A stretch of 64,000 bases of DNA from a virus (IMGVR_UViG_3300040801_002290:64001-128000); one strand, 5' to 3'; shown: positions 27,896 through 38,304, numbered from the stretch's first letter. Notes: generated by a model from the sequence alone, not told the origin. A program made the numbers and translations.

Positions 27896-30301
27896 TCAAG
27901 CCCTCACGAAAGACGATTGAAAATGTCTAGCAAAATCCCCTGTTCTTATACCGTTGATTTCAAGGTCTATATTAACATAGTTCGGGATTATTTGCGAGCT
28001 TCTTCTACCTATAGGTGAGTACGTTCCACCGGAGATTTGCCCACCAACAGAATTGAGCCTTCCTAGAATCAAACGAACATAGTCTTTAGTTTCCTTTGGA
28101 GCATACTCCAACCAGTCTTCCCCGTAATTCTCTATGGCCCGGTTTACATTCCCAGGCCCCCAGTTGTAAGCAGCCAACGCTTTCTTTATATCATTATCAT
28201 ACTCTTCTAACATTGCCTGTAAATAGTCCTGACCAAACCTAATGTACTCTGCCTCAGATTGGTCTTTTAGTGGAGCAACACCGTAACCAGGGGATTCGCC
28301 GGTAGCTACCATAACCTGTGTAATACCGCGAGCCCCAACCGGGGATTCCAACAAAGCTCCAGAAGAAGTTCTGTGTACCCCTCCAGACTCCTGCTGAATA
28401 AGAGAATTAAACAATCTAGTAAATTCGTCACTGGAGGGCTCAGATGTAACTACCCCTGGGTCCAACCTAGCTTCATTGGTAGAGCTAGCCCTTCCACCAG
28501 AAGAGCCATCTCTTTGCAGCCCTAAGGCATATCTAGAAGTTCTTTGGCTGGTAGAGGTAATTGTCCTTTGCATTTCAGGCAGCATGATTGGAGCTAATTC
28601 CTTGGCTAACTTAAGAATCGCCCTATCCATCTTAACCATGACATCAGTATAGGAAAATAGTACATCTGTCAATACCCTTGAGCCCTTAGTCCATGACTTT
28701 GCAAGACTAGTTATTGAGTACTCAGGGTAATCCTCTGCGGCGTACTCTTCAAAAGCATCAGCGTAAGCCCTACTTACATCCTCTCCTCTAGCCCCCTGCA
28801 CAAATCCACGATAGGCAACATAGGTCGCCCTTTGAGTTGCTTGGTCCATACCCAGACCGTGCTGAGAATAAGCCATGAATCTCTCCATGTCTTCATCGCC
28901 CAATTCTCCTTCGCTATTAAAATCTGTGTTTCCTATGCCTAACTCTAGATACATACCATACAAGAATTTCTCTAGGGTCTCAGGCTGTGAGGTGACACCA
29001 CCAAGGGCTTCTCCACGAGTAATACCAGTTCTCGCCATAATCATTGACATGTGAGGACTTGTTCCCAAAGCCCCCTCTTGAAGCACGGCATCAAGACCTG
29101 TAACAAGAGTCTGAGTTGCTTGAGTCGTCTGCCTATCCCCTAACATTGGGTTAACGAACGCATGAGTTCTAGCTAGATTGCTAGCACCATCTTCTAGGTT
29201 AAGCCTTCCACCAACTACATAAGATTCTGCGAAAGAGGACATTTCATCTACAAGGGCAAGCTGTGACAGGTGAAGTCTTCCGTCGGAAACCATAGAGGAG
29301 AAGAACTTTTGAAATAATCCGCTTGCTTCGTCTACATCTCCACCTAGGTTAACCCTACTCATTGTGGCTAGAGTTCCGGTCATGTCTCGCCCATACAACC
29401 CGCTCATCTGTAGAGACCTTTCGGTGTAACCAAGATAGGTATTTCTGTCTATGATGGCAGAGGTGTTTATCTGTGCGGTTGTGTTTATAGCGTCGGAGTA
29501 ATTTCTTCCAAACATTTCGGGAGAAACACCTCTGTACTCAGATGTTAAAATATTCTCCATGGTTGGGTAAACATTATACCCTCCCTCTTGCATAAGATAA
29601 GTTCCTTGGTAAGCAGAGTAGTCTTGCAAAAGAGTGTCGGGCTTCATAATCTGAGGCGCAGCAGACTGAATTGCCAATCTAGTGGCACGCCCTTCCATCA
29701 GGGCTTCTCCAGCTTTTTGTGCAGCAAGACCTATGGCCTCCCCAATGGCAAATTGAACAACGGCCCACAGAAGTCCAACACCGGTCATGGCCGCACCGGA
29801 GGACACTGCTCTAGAAATTCTAGTAAAGGTTGAGACGTTCTTCAACGCTTTAGCAACACGAAATGCCCTTATTAAAGCGTTAGACGTTAAGGCGAGATAG
29901 TACACACTTTGAGCCGCCTGCCTAGCCATCGTCCCATACTCATACTGTAGCTCTTCCTTGGTAGACAGTATGGAGCCTATGACTTGACCATACCCGTCAA
30001 CTGTTTTTGCTGCCGTTTCTATTGCTGGGGAGCGAAAGAATTTATACTCTTCCGAAATCTTTAGCTGGGCACTAAAAGTACCAAGAGCATAACCAGTAGT
30101 AGGAAGAGTTTCTCTTTGTAAATCTTTTAATTTGTCTTCTAACTGGCTTTCGGTTAACCCGCTGCCGCCGCCCAAGTCTTTCCAAGAGGACTCAATAGAG
30201 TTTTTTGCTCTGTCGAAATAATCATCTCCAAGACCGAAGATAATGACTCGCATATCATCGGTAAGCCCCTTTTCTACTAGTTGCTTAAGTGAAAAAGACA
30301 T
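27896..30301 (-). CDS. Tape-measure-like protein with C-terminal lytic transglycosylase (SLT)
   Basis: 'QESGG', 'GARGITQVM', 'YLQAML..Y......ALAAYNWGPGNV', 'ETKDYV'; helical A/G-rich body. Confidence 0.85.
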   Translation of the reverse strand: MSFSLKQLVEKGLTDDMRVIIFGLGDDYFDRAKNSIESSWKDLGGGSGLTESQLEDKLKDLQRETLPTTGYALGTFSAQLKISEEYKFFRSPAIETAAKTVDGYGQVIGSILSTKEELQYEYGTMARQAAQSVYYLALTSNALIRAFRVAKALKNVSTFTRISRAVSSGAAMTGVGLLWAVVQFAIGEAIGLAAQKAGEALMEGRATRLAIQSAAPQIMKPDTLLQDYSAYQGTYLMQEGGYNVYPTMENILTSEYRGVSPEMFGRNYSDAINTTAQINTSAIIDRNTYLGYTERSLQMSGLYGRDMTGTLATMSRVNLGGDVDEASGLFQKFFSSMVSDGRLHLSQLALVDEMSSFAESYVVGGRLNLEDGASNLARTHAFVNPMLGDRQTTQATQTLVTGLDAVLQEGALGTSPHMSMIMARTGITRGEALGGVTSQPETLEKFLYGMYLELGIGNTDFNSEGELGDEDMERFMAYSQHGLGMDQATQRATYVAYRGFVQGARGEDVSRAYADAFEEYAAEDYPEYSITSLAKSWTKGSRVLTDVLFSYTDVMVKMDRAILKLAKELAPIMLPEMQRTITSTSQRTSRYALGLQRDGSSGGRASSTNEARLDPGVVTSEPSSDEFTRLFNSLIQQESGGVHRTSSGALLESPVGARGITQVMVATGESPGYGVAPLKDQSEAEYIRFGQDYLQAMLEEYDNDIKKALAAYNWGPGNVNRAIENYGEDWLEYAPKETKDYVRLILGRLNSVGGQISGGTYSPIGRRSSQIIPNYVNIDLEINGIRTGDFARHFQSSFVRA

Positions 30302-33273
30302 TATACGTAATTAAGCCTATTTCTGACTATATAATCTTCCGTTACCCTTCTAGCGGTATCCTGAATATCTTCTGGGGACATCCCATGAATTTTCATGGTC
30401 AAATAAGTTACATTGCCCTGTCCAGAAGACACGGAAGACTCAGAAACGGTTTCTCCAGATTGAATTCTGTTTAACACATCTATATTGTTTGATACATTAT
30501 TGGAACTAATAACATACTCACCCGCGTGTACCATCCCCGCGACTTGATGTCTTCCCCCCATACCCGTAAATCCACCAGAGGAAAAACCCTCACCTTCCGT
30601 GTCTCCAAAGCCAGGCACAGAAAGACCATGAGTCCCAAATAACTCTCTCAAAGACTCGTTCATTGTGTCCCTGTTTGAGATAGCCGCTGTTAGACCCTCT
30701 CTAAAATTCTCATCTTCTATTCCCTTGGACATGATATCCCAGTATGCCGCAGTATCAGTTCCACCTAGAGCATCAACAAATTGGTTATAATTTCTAGTTT
30801 CGTGAAGGCCGCTTCTTAGCTCAGCAAACTCCCCTGGGTTCATTTCTCGGGAAGCTTGGTGTCTCATGTGAGCGTCCTCTACGGCCCTTCTCTCTGCCGC
30901 TTCTGCCCCCCTCTCGGCAAGACCCTCAGAAAGCCCAGAGACTCTATCCGAGCTTTGTGCAAGGAAATCACTCATTATAGTAGCAATATGTGAGTTCCCT
31001 AAAAATCCAGTTAGAGACTCTTGTAAGGTTTTTAACTCATCAATTAAACCACTTGATGTAGTCATAAACTCGTCTACCTGTTCAGACATGGTAGAAGAAA
31101 TTTCGGCAAGCGGACTGCCTCCCAGGGCATTGATTCTTTTGGCCATGTCTTCGTCCATGGCTCCCATGTCAATGGCTCCCTTTTCGTCAAACAGGGTTCC
31201 CTCCATGGCTAATTCGGTTAAAGCAAGCAAATCCTGAGGAGAAATTCCAGTGAATAGTCCCTGTAGAACCCTCATGGTTCCTATTCCCTGCATACTGCCT
31301 AAAAATTCATCCGGAGAGCCAAACTCTTGACCCGCTAATCCAGATTGGTTTAAAACAAACTGCATTCTTCTGTCCGCAACAGAAGCTCTGCCCATGAAAA
31401 TGTCCGCAAAGGAACTGCCGAGGGACATGTCCAAAGCTGCCATAGCAGGGTCTTCCATACCCATTGAGGCGCTAGCCTGCAAGCCTGTCAATAGCCTTCC
31501 GAGTACTTCCGGGTTTGCTTTTGCCAACTCCCCAAGCCTTGTTTCGCTCTGAATTACTGTTCTACCGAAGGTGGTAACCTCACCAGTCAACTCTTCAGTT
31601 GTCCTGGCAAGGTTTCTCATCGCCATGCTCTCGGTTACTTTCAACAATGCTGGTACTAGAACAGACATTGAATAGCTGCTGATATCTCCATCTTCTTCGG
31701 CAAAAACACCAGCATATTCTTTATATGTTCCTACGGCGTCTTGACTTCCAAATCTCTGAGCCGTTTGCATAGCAGAAATCGCGGCCTCGTCACCTATACC
31801 GTATAGGCCCCCAACTTCTCCAGCAAATGCCCCCATTGATGCGAGCCCAGGACCAGTATCACGGAGGGACAATGCGGACTGGGAAAGAAGTGCGCCTAGG
31901 GATTCACGGTTGTATCCCAGTGCCCTGAGAGTGCTTACGCTTCTTGCGTTTCCACCCTCGTCAAGAAGTGCTTCTCCCTGTGGGCCATAAAGATTGGTCC
32001 TGCTAGTTAACATTTGGTCTAGATATGTATTCCCGGTTAGCCCTTCGCCACGAGTACCCTCGGTTTGATACCCCATGTTGTAGGAGGAACCGGCACCCAC
32101 AGCCAAAAGACCAGCCCTTGAGACCTGGAATTCATTTAGAAGTCTACTTGGGTCTGAGAATTGTTTTGCTAGAGCCTGACCTAGAATCTCATCTTCCGGA
32201 GTACTGAACCCTGCTCTTCTCAGCGCATCATCCCCCACCCCGGCGACTCCCATTGCACCTAAAGATAAGCCGCCAGCAAGAAGCGCACCCCCCGCAGCCT
32301 TTTGCCAGACATTCGCCCCGCCAACCAACATAGAAGCACCAGCAAAGGTACTACCTACACCAGCACCAAACATCATTTGGTTTAATTCAACGTTATAGGC
32401 TTCCAACTCACCGAAAGCAGAGCCCATAGCAGCACCCATCTGACCTTGCTGCCCCATAATCTGTAGCTGTGGCTGAGTCTCAAACCTGTACGGCTCACTA
32501 ATCGCAAATCTGCTAATAGCCTGAGAAACACCAAGAGAAGTAAAAATCGTACTGATTGTTCCTAAGGCTGTGTTCCAAGCACTACGCTGTTGCTGTGCGT
32601 TTAACTCAAATAGATTAACTATTTCGGCTTTTAATCTGTCTGTGGTTACAATTCTGCGAGAGAAATCTTCAAGCTTTCGGATATCTGCTGCATCGCCCTT
32701 GGAACGCTCTTCCTCATACCCTTTTCTCAGGGTTTCAGAATGCTCGGCAAGCTGCTCTCTAACATCAGTTTTTAATCCACCGTAATCTTCTGGTAGTTGA
32801 CCAGAGCCTTGTAGGCTTCTACCTACACGAACGTCTGCCCGCACTCTTTGAATATCATAATCAGGTCTAGGGACTCCATATCTCTCATAGAAATCCCTGG
32901 GACCAGTTTCTCTTTTTGGCTGACCAGATGCCGCTGCCGCATTTCCAAGTCGTGCAATAGCTCCAGCGTCTTTAGTTGGCATATCAGAAGCGTCTGCAAG
33001 AATCTGTTTTACCACCTGAACTACTTCATTACTTAACTCAGTTTCTAATGTGGTTAAAACTGCCTGCTTAGCTTCATCTAAGCCACCCATAAACTTAGAC
33101 ATTTCTCTCAGAGACTCGACCTGAACCTTATGCTCTTGCACGAATTTAGTTAGTTCTGCAACTGTGCTACTAGCATCCTTTGTTACAGTGCTATAAATCT
33201 GTGCAGCCCTATCGGACTCCAGATATCTTCTGCTGGTATCTGCTGCATTTACTACAGGTCTATCTTCTGGCAT
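30301..33273 (-). CDS. Tail tape measure protein
   Basis: 990 aa, helical, follows the chaperone; C-terminal 'FSSGGFTG.GG..QVAG.VHAGEYVI' motif. Confidence 0.85.
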   Translation of the reverse strand: MPEDRPVVNAADTSRRYLESDRAAQIYSTVTKDASSTVAELTKFVQEHKVQVESLREMSKFMGGLDEAKQAVLTTLETELSNEVVQVVKQILADASDMPTKDAGAIARLGNAAAASGQPKRETGPRDFYERYGVPRPDYDIQRVRADVRVGRSLQGSGQLPEDYGGLKTDVREQLAEHSETLRKGYEEERSKGDAADIRKLEDFSRRIVTTDRLKAEIVNLFELNAQQQRSAWNTALGTISTIFTSLGVSQAISRFAISEPYRFETQPQLQIMGQQGQMGAAMGSAFGELEAYNVELNQMMFGAGVGSTFAGASMLVGGANVWQKAAGGALLAGGLSLGAMGVAGVGDDALRRAGFSTPEDEILGQALAKQFSDPSRLLNEFQVSRAGLLAVGAGSSYNMGYQTEGTRGEGLTGNTYLDQMLTSRTNLYGPQGEALLDEGGNARSVSTLRALGYNRESLGALLSQSALSLRDTGPGLASMGAFAGEVGGLYGIGDEAAISAMQTAQRFGSQDAVGTYKEYAGVFAEEDGDISSYSMSVLVPALLKVTESMAMRNLARTTEELTGEVTTFGRTVIQSETRLGELAKANPEVLGRLLTGLQASASMGMEDPAMAALDMSLGSSFADIFMGRASVADRRMQFVLNQSGLAGQEFGSPDEFLGSMQGIGTMRVLQGLFTGISPQDLLALTELAMEGTLFDEKGAIDMGAMDEDMAKRINALGGSPLAEISSTMSEQVDEFMTTSSGLIDELKTLQESLTGFLGNSHIATIMSDFLAQSSDRVSGLSEGLAERGAEAAERRAVEDAHMRHQASREMNPGEFAELRSGLHETRNYNQFVDALGGTDTAAYWDIMSKGIEDENFREGLTAAISNRDTMNESLRELFGTHGLSVPGFGDTEGEGFSSGGFTGMGGRHQVAGMVHAGEYVISSNNVSNNIDVLNRIQSGETVSESSVSSGQGNVTYLTMKIHGMSPEDIQDTARRVTEDYIVRNRLNYV

Positions 33274-33275
33274 CT

Positions 33276-33659
33276 TTATTCACCTCGGAGGAATTGTTCC
33301 TCGTTTATTTCTTCAAACAAATCCTCTTTAATATTTAAGTCTCCAAAACCTTCCCCTTCCATAAGCTCCTGAATCTTACTCAACCAGTTCGGGTCGCCGC
33401 TGTCAACAAGTTCCTCGGCCTGACGAGCAATATCCATTTCCTTAACCTCTTCTTTGCTAAGCTCTTTTCTGTTTCCAAGTGCAAGCTCTACAAGACCGTA
33501 GAGTGAGTAATGGTCATCCGTCCACCTATCAATGGGAGGGGCAAACGGAAGAACACCTTTCTTACGCTTTCCTAACAAAGAATCCCCCTCTTCGTTACCA
33601 GAATATTTAACCCAAGCGTCTAATATATTCTGCCACCGATAGGTTTTTAGGAGTTTTTT
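33276..33659 (-). CDS. Tail assembly chaperone frameshift extension (gpT/GT-like)
   Basis: The -1 frame is open from the slippery heptamer (33653-33659) to the stop at 33276: KKLLKTYRWQNILDAWVKYSGNEEGDSLLGKRKK... Confidence 0.8.
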   Translation of the reverse strand, partial: KKLLKTYRWQNILDAWVKYSGNEEGDSLLGKRKKGVLPFAPPIDRWTDDHYSLYGLVELALGNRKELSKEEVKEMDIARQAEELVDSGDPNWLSKIQELMEGEGFGDLNIKEDLFEEINEEQFLRGE

Positions 33660-34153
33660 ATATCATCCTCCGAAACCTTTGTGCTTTCATTTATCCAGTT
33701 AGCGTGAAGAAGGATAACTTCTGAAACGAAAGTTTCTTCTGAAATTCCCTTATCGTAGATTTCTTGCATAACATACTTTTCGAACAGGCTCTTGTAATCA
33801 AGCTCCTTCTCACGGTCAAAGGTATATTCGGAATACTTCTTACCGGCGAGTTTTATAGCCCCGGAAGAATCTTCGATGTAAATCTTATTTACAAAAGCGT
33901 TTAGTGTACCCCAGTATCTAAAGAAAAATAAAAGCTGCGGGTCGTCATCCTCTGTTAGCTCAAGTTCCTTTAGTTTTCTAGAGGCCCATCCCCTTTGTCT
34001 GAACTTATCGACCATCGACGGGCGCTTAAACACTAATTTTACCTTGTATTTATCCACCTCAAAAGGCTCGCTAGGCTCATTGGTCAATGCAGCCATCACA
34101 AAATCTTCTGTGGCTTCTACTTGTTCTGGAGTTAGTTTCTCGTTATCTGGCAT
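33647..34153 (-). CDS. Tail assembly chaperone (gpG-like)
   Basis: Lies between tube and tape measure genes; ends GAT ATA AAA AAC TCC TAA. Confidence 0.85.
   Translation of the reverse strand: MPDNEKLTPEQVEATEDFVMAALTNEPSEPFEVDKYKVKLVFKRPSMVDKFRQRGWASRKLKELELTEDDDPQLLFFFRYWGTLNAFVNKIYIEDSSGAIKLAGKKYSEYTFDREKELDYKSLFEKYVMQEIYDKGISEETFVSEVILLHANWINESTKVSEDDIKNS
33653..33659 (-). other. Programmed -1 ribosomal frameshift site A AAA AAC
   Basis: X XXY YYZ heptamer in the correct phase, one codon (TCC) before the stop. Confidence 0.8.
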
Positions 34154-34176
34154 ATAATACCCCTTTCATGTTCTTC

Positions 34177-34205
34177 ATTATACACTACTCTGAAAATATC
34201 CACAA
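34177..34205 (-). promoter_or_regulatory. sigma70-like promoter for the chaperone/tape-measure unit
   Basis: TTGTGG-17-TATAAT; SD AAAGGGG downstream. Confidence 0.7.
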
Positions 34206-34232
34206 TAAAATGGCCCCGGTTTCCCGAGGCCA
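34206..34232 (-). terminator. Terminator after the tube genes
   Basis: TGGCCTCGG-GAAA-CCGGGGCCA (GNRA loop) followed by TTTTATT. Confidence 0.85.
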
Positions 34233-34252
34233 GATGTTTTTGATTAAAAACT

Positions 34253-34960
34253 TTAGTATCTGTATCCGAAGAGTACGCTGTTAACGATATCCCTCATGCC
34301 GTTCGTGGAATCTCCGTTGCGGGCGTATGCCTGACGAACTGCCTTGGTAAACCAAGTTCCAGTTAGTGGTCTGGCGATTGCCTGTACAGAGTCCATGATA
34401 ATGGCCTGCTGAGAGGACATGCTAATGCTGGCGCTTTGTAGAACACAAGCGTAGATTCCGAAGCTGTTACTTCTTGCCTCTCCACCAGAAACCGCTACTG
34501 GCTGGTTTTCGGTGTTGATATTAGACTGGCTGTAGCTGTTTGACACTCTGTTCTTAACCGCGAGAACAAACATGAATGGGTACATACCCTCGTTACCGCC
34601 GCTCTCAGCTAGTGCGGGCTCATTCATAGCCCCGGTTGCTGTTCCTAGAGTTACCAGGTTAGAGTCCAAGTAGGTACGCCCTACGTGAGCCCATAGAGGG
34701 TTAAACGCCCCGAGGTTTCGGAAATCGGCACCATCAATGGTCGCCTTGTCAATACTGATATTGGTTACTTGATATCCTGGGGCAAGAACTGGAAGCGGAG
34801 TTCCAATTACATTCTCTGCCCTGGTTCCGAAGTTATCATCTACCCTAAGGTTCTGAGCCATACCTACGGTTTTTAGGCGAGCGGTCTTATTGCCCGCCAA
34901 AACCTCGTAATCACTTGGAGGAACAATTACTTGTAGTGTAGCAAAATGTGAAACTCTCAT
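34253..34960 (-). CDS. Tail tube-like protein 2
   Basis: 'TVGMAQNLRVDDNFGTRAENVIGTP', paralogous to the upstream tube gene. Confidence 0.75.
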   Translation of the reverse strand: MRVSHFATLQVIVPPSDYEVLAGNKTARLKTVGMAQNLRVDDNFGTRAENVIGTPLPVLAPGYQVTNISIDKATIDGADFRNLGAFNPLWAHVGRTYLDSNLVTLGTATGAMNEPALAESGGNEGMYPFMFVLAVKNRVSNSYSQSNINTENQPVAVSGGEARSNSFGIYACVLQSASISMSSQQAIIMDSVQAIARPLTGTWFTKAVRQAYARNGDSTNGMRDIVNSVLFGYRY

Positions 34961-34962
34961 GA

Positions 34963-35616
34963 TTACACCACCCTATCCGTTATTGTTTCGTTGATTAGGT
35001 TGGTGGTATCGAAATAAGCTTCTTCATAGCTGTACTTGAACCCGGTTAGGCTAACGTTGTGAGCAATCATAACGTCATTGTTGGAAATTGCACGCTGAGA
35101 AGTTCTTGGCATCAAGGCGTAAATATCAGTCCTTAGACTATCCGTCCTGACTTCTTTACTCTTTACAAATAGGAAGGTGTAAAGAAGAACATCATCAATT
35201 CCAATTTCCCTCTGAACACCGTCAGAGTACCAGTACTCCGGACGAGTAATGTAGTGGTTCAAATCCCTTGTATCTAGCTGAATTCTTTCCACAGTTACGT
35301 TAGCAGAGAAGTTGTTAGGGACGATTCTGGGACGTGTTGGGGCTCCGATTCCGTAGATGTTCTGAGTACCAAAGTCCTCGTCAATTCTAACGTTTCTAGC
35401 GATTCCTACTGTCCTGAAAAGGGGCTCGCCATTAAAACTGTCTGTATTTTTTAAAGACTGCAACTCCGCAGGAGAGTTAATCTTTTCTCTCATAGACTCA
35501 AGTGCCTGTGATACAGTGCTAGAGGTTATTTGGGAGGTTGTTCCAGCCGTTTCATAAAGAACAGTAGCCAGAGAAAGCACCTTAATTTCAGCTAGTGTGC
35601 TTAGACGAATTGCCAT
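34963..35616 (-). CDS. Tail tube protein 1
   Basis: Directly downstream of the sheath gene; 'TVGIARNVRIDEDFGTQNIYGIGAP'. Confidence 0.8.
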   Translation of the reverse strand: MAIRLSTLAEIKVLSLATVLYETAGTTSQITSSTVSQALESMREKINSPAELQSLKNTDSFNGEPLFRTVGIARNVRIDEDFGTQNIYGIGAPTRPRIVPNNFSANVTVERIQLDTRDLNHYITRPEYWYSDGVQREIGIDDVLLYTFLFVKSKEVRTDSLRTDIYALMPRTSQRAISNNDVMIAHNVSLTGFKYSYEEAYFDTTNLINETITDRVV

Positions 35617-35674
35617 TACTTACTCACCTCCCCTTTAGTATTATGTTGATTATTTTTGGTCATCTTCTATTTCC

Positions 35675-37597
35675 TTATGCTAGGTTGTAAAGAAGCTTGT
35701 TGGTTACAGGGATGAAGTCGATTTCTGTGATTGGCTGGAAGTCGTACTCGACGTAGTAAATGGTCTTGTCGTTATCGTCAGCGTACGCTCTTACATTTGC
35801 GTAAGTAACCAGAACCTCTTCTCTTACAAGTCTGTCTAGAAGCGCACTTACAAATTCAGAAATTCCTGCTGCTGTTTCTGCACCGCGTGACTTGCGACCA
35901 ATGAAGTTCTCTTCAAGGTTCTTGTACACGAAGGTGTTCATGTAATCAACTATACGACGAGTGATAAACAATTGCAAGCCACGGCTTGAGGCACCAGTGA
36001 AGCTGGTGTAGTTGTGAGCAGCTACGTACTCGATTGCTCCAACAGAGTTACGACGCTTCATTACGAAGGCTAGGCTACGAGTGTACAACTCGTCTTTCTG
36101 AGCCTGGTTAAAGGCAAACTCTAGACCGTCGGTGAAGATACCGGCAATCTGGGCAAAGGTTAGGGAAGTAGCAACCTGTCTGGAGGCATGTGCGCCCACT
36201 GCGAAGCTGGCGAGCATGTCCGCTCCGTAATTTTCTAGTCGGCTGCTAAATGCTCGGCTCTGGAACCCACCGGCCCATAGCTGAATCCTGTCGTTGTTAA
36301 TCAATCCGCTAATCTCTTCGACTGCATCCAAGAAATCCTGAGCAGTTCCATTAACCGTGCTTCCAGTCTTGTAGTAAGGAAGTCCAGCAATCATGGTGCG
36401 GAACTTTCTGTTCGCAATATTAGACATGGTGTTAATGTGTGCAAGGAACTTGGGCATCAAAGCCTTGAAGAATCCGTACCTATTTGCCCACTCAAATGTG
36501 GTTGATAGGCTTCCGTCAGAGTTCTTCTTGTAGTTGAATAGATAAGCAGGCTGAATGAAGTTTACATCCTCGTCTTCCATCACGGCTAGAGAGGTGTCCC
36601 AGACATCAGTAACGCCTGCGGTTCCGTAGGTGATGTTGTAGTCCATGTCGCCACTAACATCGTCTAGAATCCCGTAGAAGTTGGTTCCATCGTCACCATT
36701 GTTTCCACCGGACATCTGAACAAACGGGTGAGTTAGAAGCTCGTCTGCGGTGGCCGGGTCGTAGGTGTATCCTTCAACTAGAAGGTCTTCTACAGCCGGG
36801 TCCAAATCAGTTAGCTGCACTAGGGAGGAAGGAGCCTGTCCCAAACCACCGTTATTAAGAACAGATGCGATTAGAGCAATAGGATAAGGGTTGGTTCCTG
36901 CTCCGTAAGGGAAGGGTCCAAGCAAATCCTCTGTGGTGGACTTCAAATCCTCTACCTTCTCAAGGAAAGCATCCTCATCGGCATTTCCGAAAGTCCAAGT
37001 GTTAGGAATTTCTCTAATTACCCCGTTTTCCCTATCACGTAGGACGTAGTAGTCCCCCGTGTTTGCGGCCCAATAAAGACCAGTTCTATCAGGGACGTAT
37101 CTAGGAACAACAAAGGTTTCTCTAATATCATTTCCACGGGAATCTACGTACTTGATTCTGATAGCGTAGTTGTCGTCCCCAGTAGCTGGGGTACCCTGGT
37201 CCTGCTCTTCTACAGCAATGAAAATGTTGTTACCCAACGTTCCCTTTTCTCTTGCGACGAAGGTGTAATCCTTTGTTGGGTCTGCACCAGCAGCTTCGAT
37301 AGCAGTTAGGCTTGCTCCTGAGGGGTCACCGGTACGAACACATACTAGTTGGCTAGCTCCACCTACGTAAGCGGCTAGACCATGACGAACAAGAGGTCCG
37401 TCTCCGAAAGTTTCTACAAGTTGAGTGTAACCGTTGATTGTTACAGCTTTGTTAACCGGACCTTTTTCAGCTAGACCGATAACTCCGATGACGCCGCTGG
37501 CTACACCATTGATATCTACTAAGCCGGTAAGGTCAGTTCTGATGTAAGCCCCAAACTGCTTAAGCAGGGCACCACCAAAATTGATTTGCTTTGCCAT
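35675..37597 (-). CDS. Tail sheath protein
   Basis: 640 aa; 'IGVIG.AEKGPVN..V.I..Y....E.FG.G', 'A...G..GN.I', sheath-like C-terminus 'RR..DY....V...L...FIG'. Confidence 0.93.
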   Translation of the reverse strand: MAKQINFGGALLKQFGAYIRTDLTGLVDINGVASGVIGVIGLAEKGPVNKAVTINGYTQLVETFGDGPLVRHGLAAYVGGASQLVCVRTGDPSGASLTAIEAAGADPTKDYTFVAREKGTLGNNIFIAVEEQDQGTPATGDDNYAIRIKYVDSRGNDIRETFVVPRYVPDRTGLYWAANTGDYYVLRDRENGVIREIPNTWTFGNADEDAFLEKVEDLKSTTEDLLGPFPYGAGTNPYPIALIASVLNNGGLGQAPSSLVQLTDLDPAVEDLLVEGYTYDPATADELLTHPFVQMSGGNNGDDGTNFYGILDDVSGDMDYNITYGTAGVTDVWDTSLAVMEDEDVNFIQPAYLFNYKKNSDGSLSTTFEWANRYGFFKALMPKFLAHINTMSNIANRKFRTMIAGLPYYKTGSTVNGTAQDFLDAVEEISGLINNDRIQLWAGGFQSRAFSSRLENYGADMLASFAVGAHASRQVATSLTFAQIAGIFTDGLEFAFNQAQKDELYTRSLAFVMKRRNSVGAIEYVAAHNYTSFTGASSRGLQLFITRRIVDYMNTFVYKNLEENFIGRKSRGAETAAGISEFVSALLDRLVREEVLVTYANVRAYADDNDKTIYYVEYDFQPITEIDFIPVTNKLLYNLA

Positions 37598-37600
37598 TTA

Positions 37601-38266
37601 TTATTCCTCCTGATTAGCCTGTACGTCAACCCTTTCTATGCAATCAACGATTTGTCCTATTAGGTGTATTTTATAGCGTTCGTAATCGTTATCGCTCGTA
37701 GAGTGATAGAATGGGGCTATTAGGTTGTAAACTAGACTGCCAATATAGATAGGCCCGTTTCGATATATTTGGGAATTCACACCTTCGTAAGCTCGGATGA
37801 ACCTAATGGCAAAAATATCTTTGTCAAAAAAGAAAGGAAGTCCCAGTTCTATGCTCCCAGATTTGATATCCTGCTCCAATTCTAGCATCCAAAGCTTGAT
37901 TAATTCCACTATATTGTCTCTGTCTTTAGAATCTGGTGACCAGATAGAGATTTCCATGTTGTACAAATCAGCCCAACCAAAAACCTCGTGAAGTTCTAAG
38001 TCGTCGTCGTCAAACTCTCCACTCACCAATTGACCAAGGGCATACCTCTCTACGGTGTTACTCATTTGTCGAACGACGATGCGTCTTTTTATTCTTCTTG
38101 ACTCAGCGTCGTGGTCGTATGTTTCTCTGGACGGGTAATCTGTTGTAATGTCAAACCCTTGCCTAAGATTACCCTGTTCGGCAATCTTCTGCTCTAGCCC
38201 CCGAATCAAAATCTCCTTCGGGTTTCGTATTCCTAGTACATCTAATTCTTTACCTATGTTGGCCAT
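37601..38266 (-). CDS. Tail terminator / neck protein
   Basis: Position immediately upstream of the sheath gene; 'ISIWS..S..RD.I..LIK'. Confidence 0.6.
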   Translation of the reverse strand: MANIGKELDVLGIRNPKEILIRGLEQKIAEQGNLRQGFDITTDYPSRETYDHDAESRRIKRRIVVRQMSNTVERYALGQLVSGEFDDDDLELHEVFGWADLYNMEISIWSPDSKDRDNIVELIKLWMLELEQDIKSGSIELGLPFFFDKDIFAIRFIRAYEGVNSQIYRNGPIYIGSLVYNLIAPFYHSTSDNDYERYKIHLIGQIVDCIERVDVQANQEE

Positions 38267-38275
38267 AAACAAATT

Positions 38276-38304
38276 ATTTTATCAGCAAAAGCTGGACTAA
38301 GCAA
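38276..38304 (-). promoter_or_regulatory. sigma70-like promoter, near-leaderless
   Basis: TTGCTT-17-TAAAAT with extended TG; the ATG at 38266 is 9 nt downstream and has no SD. Confidence 0.6.
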
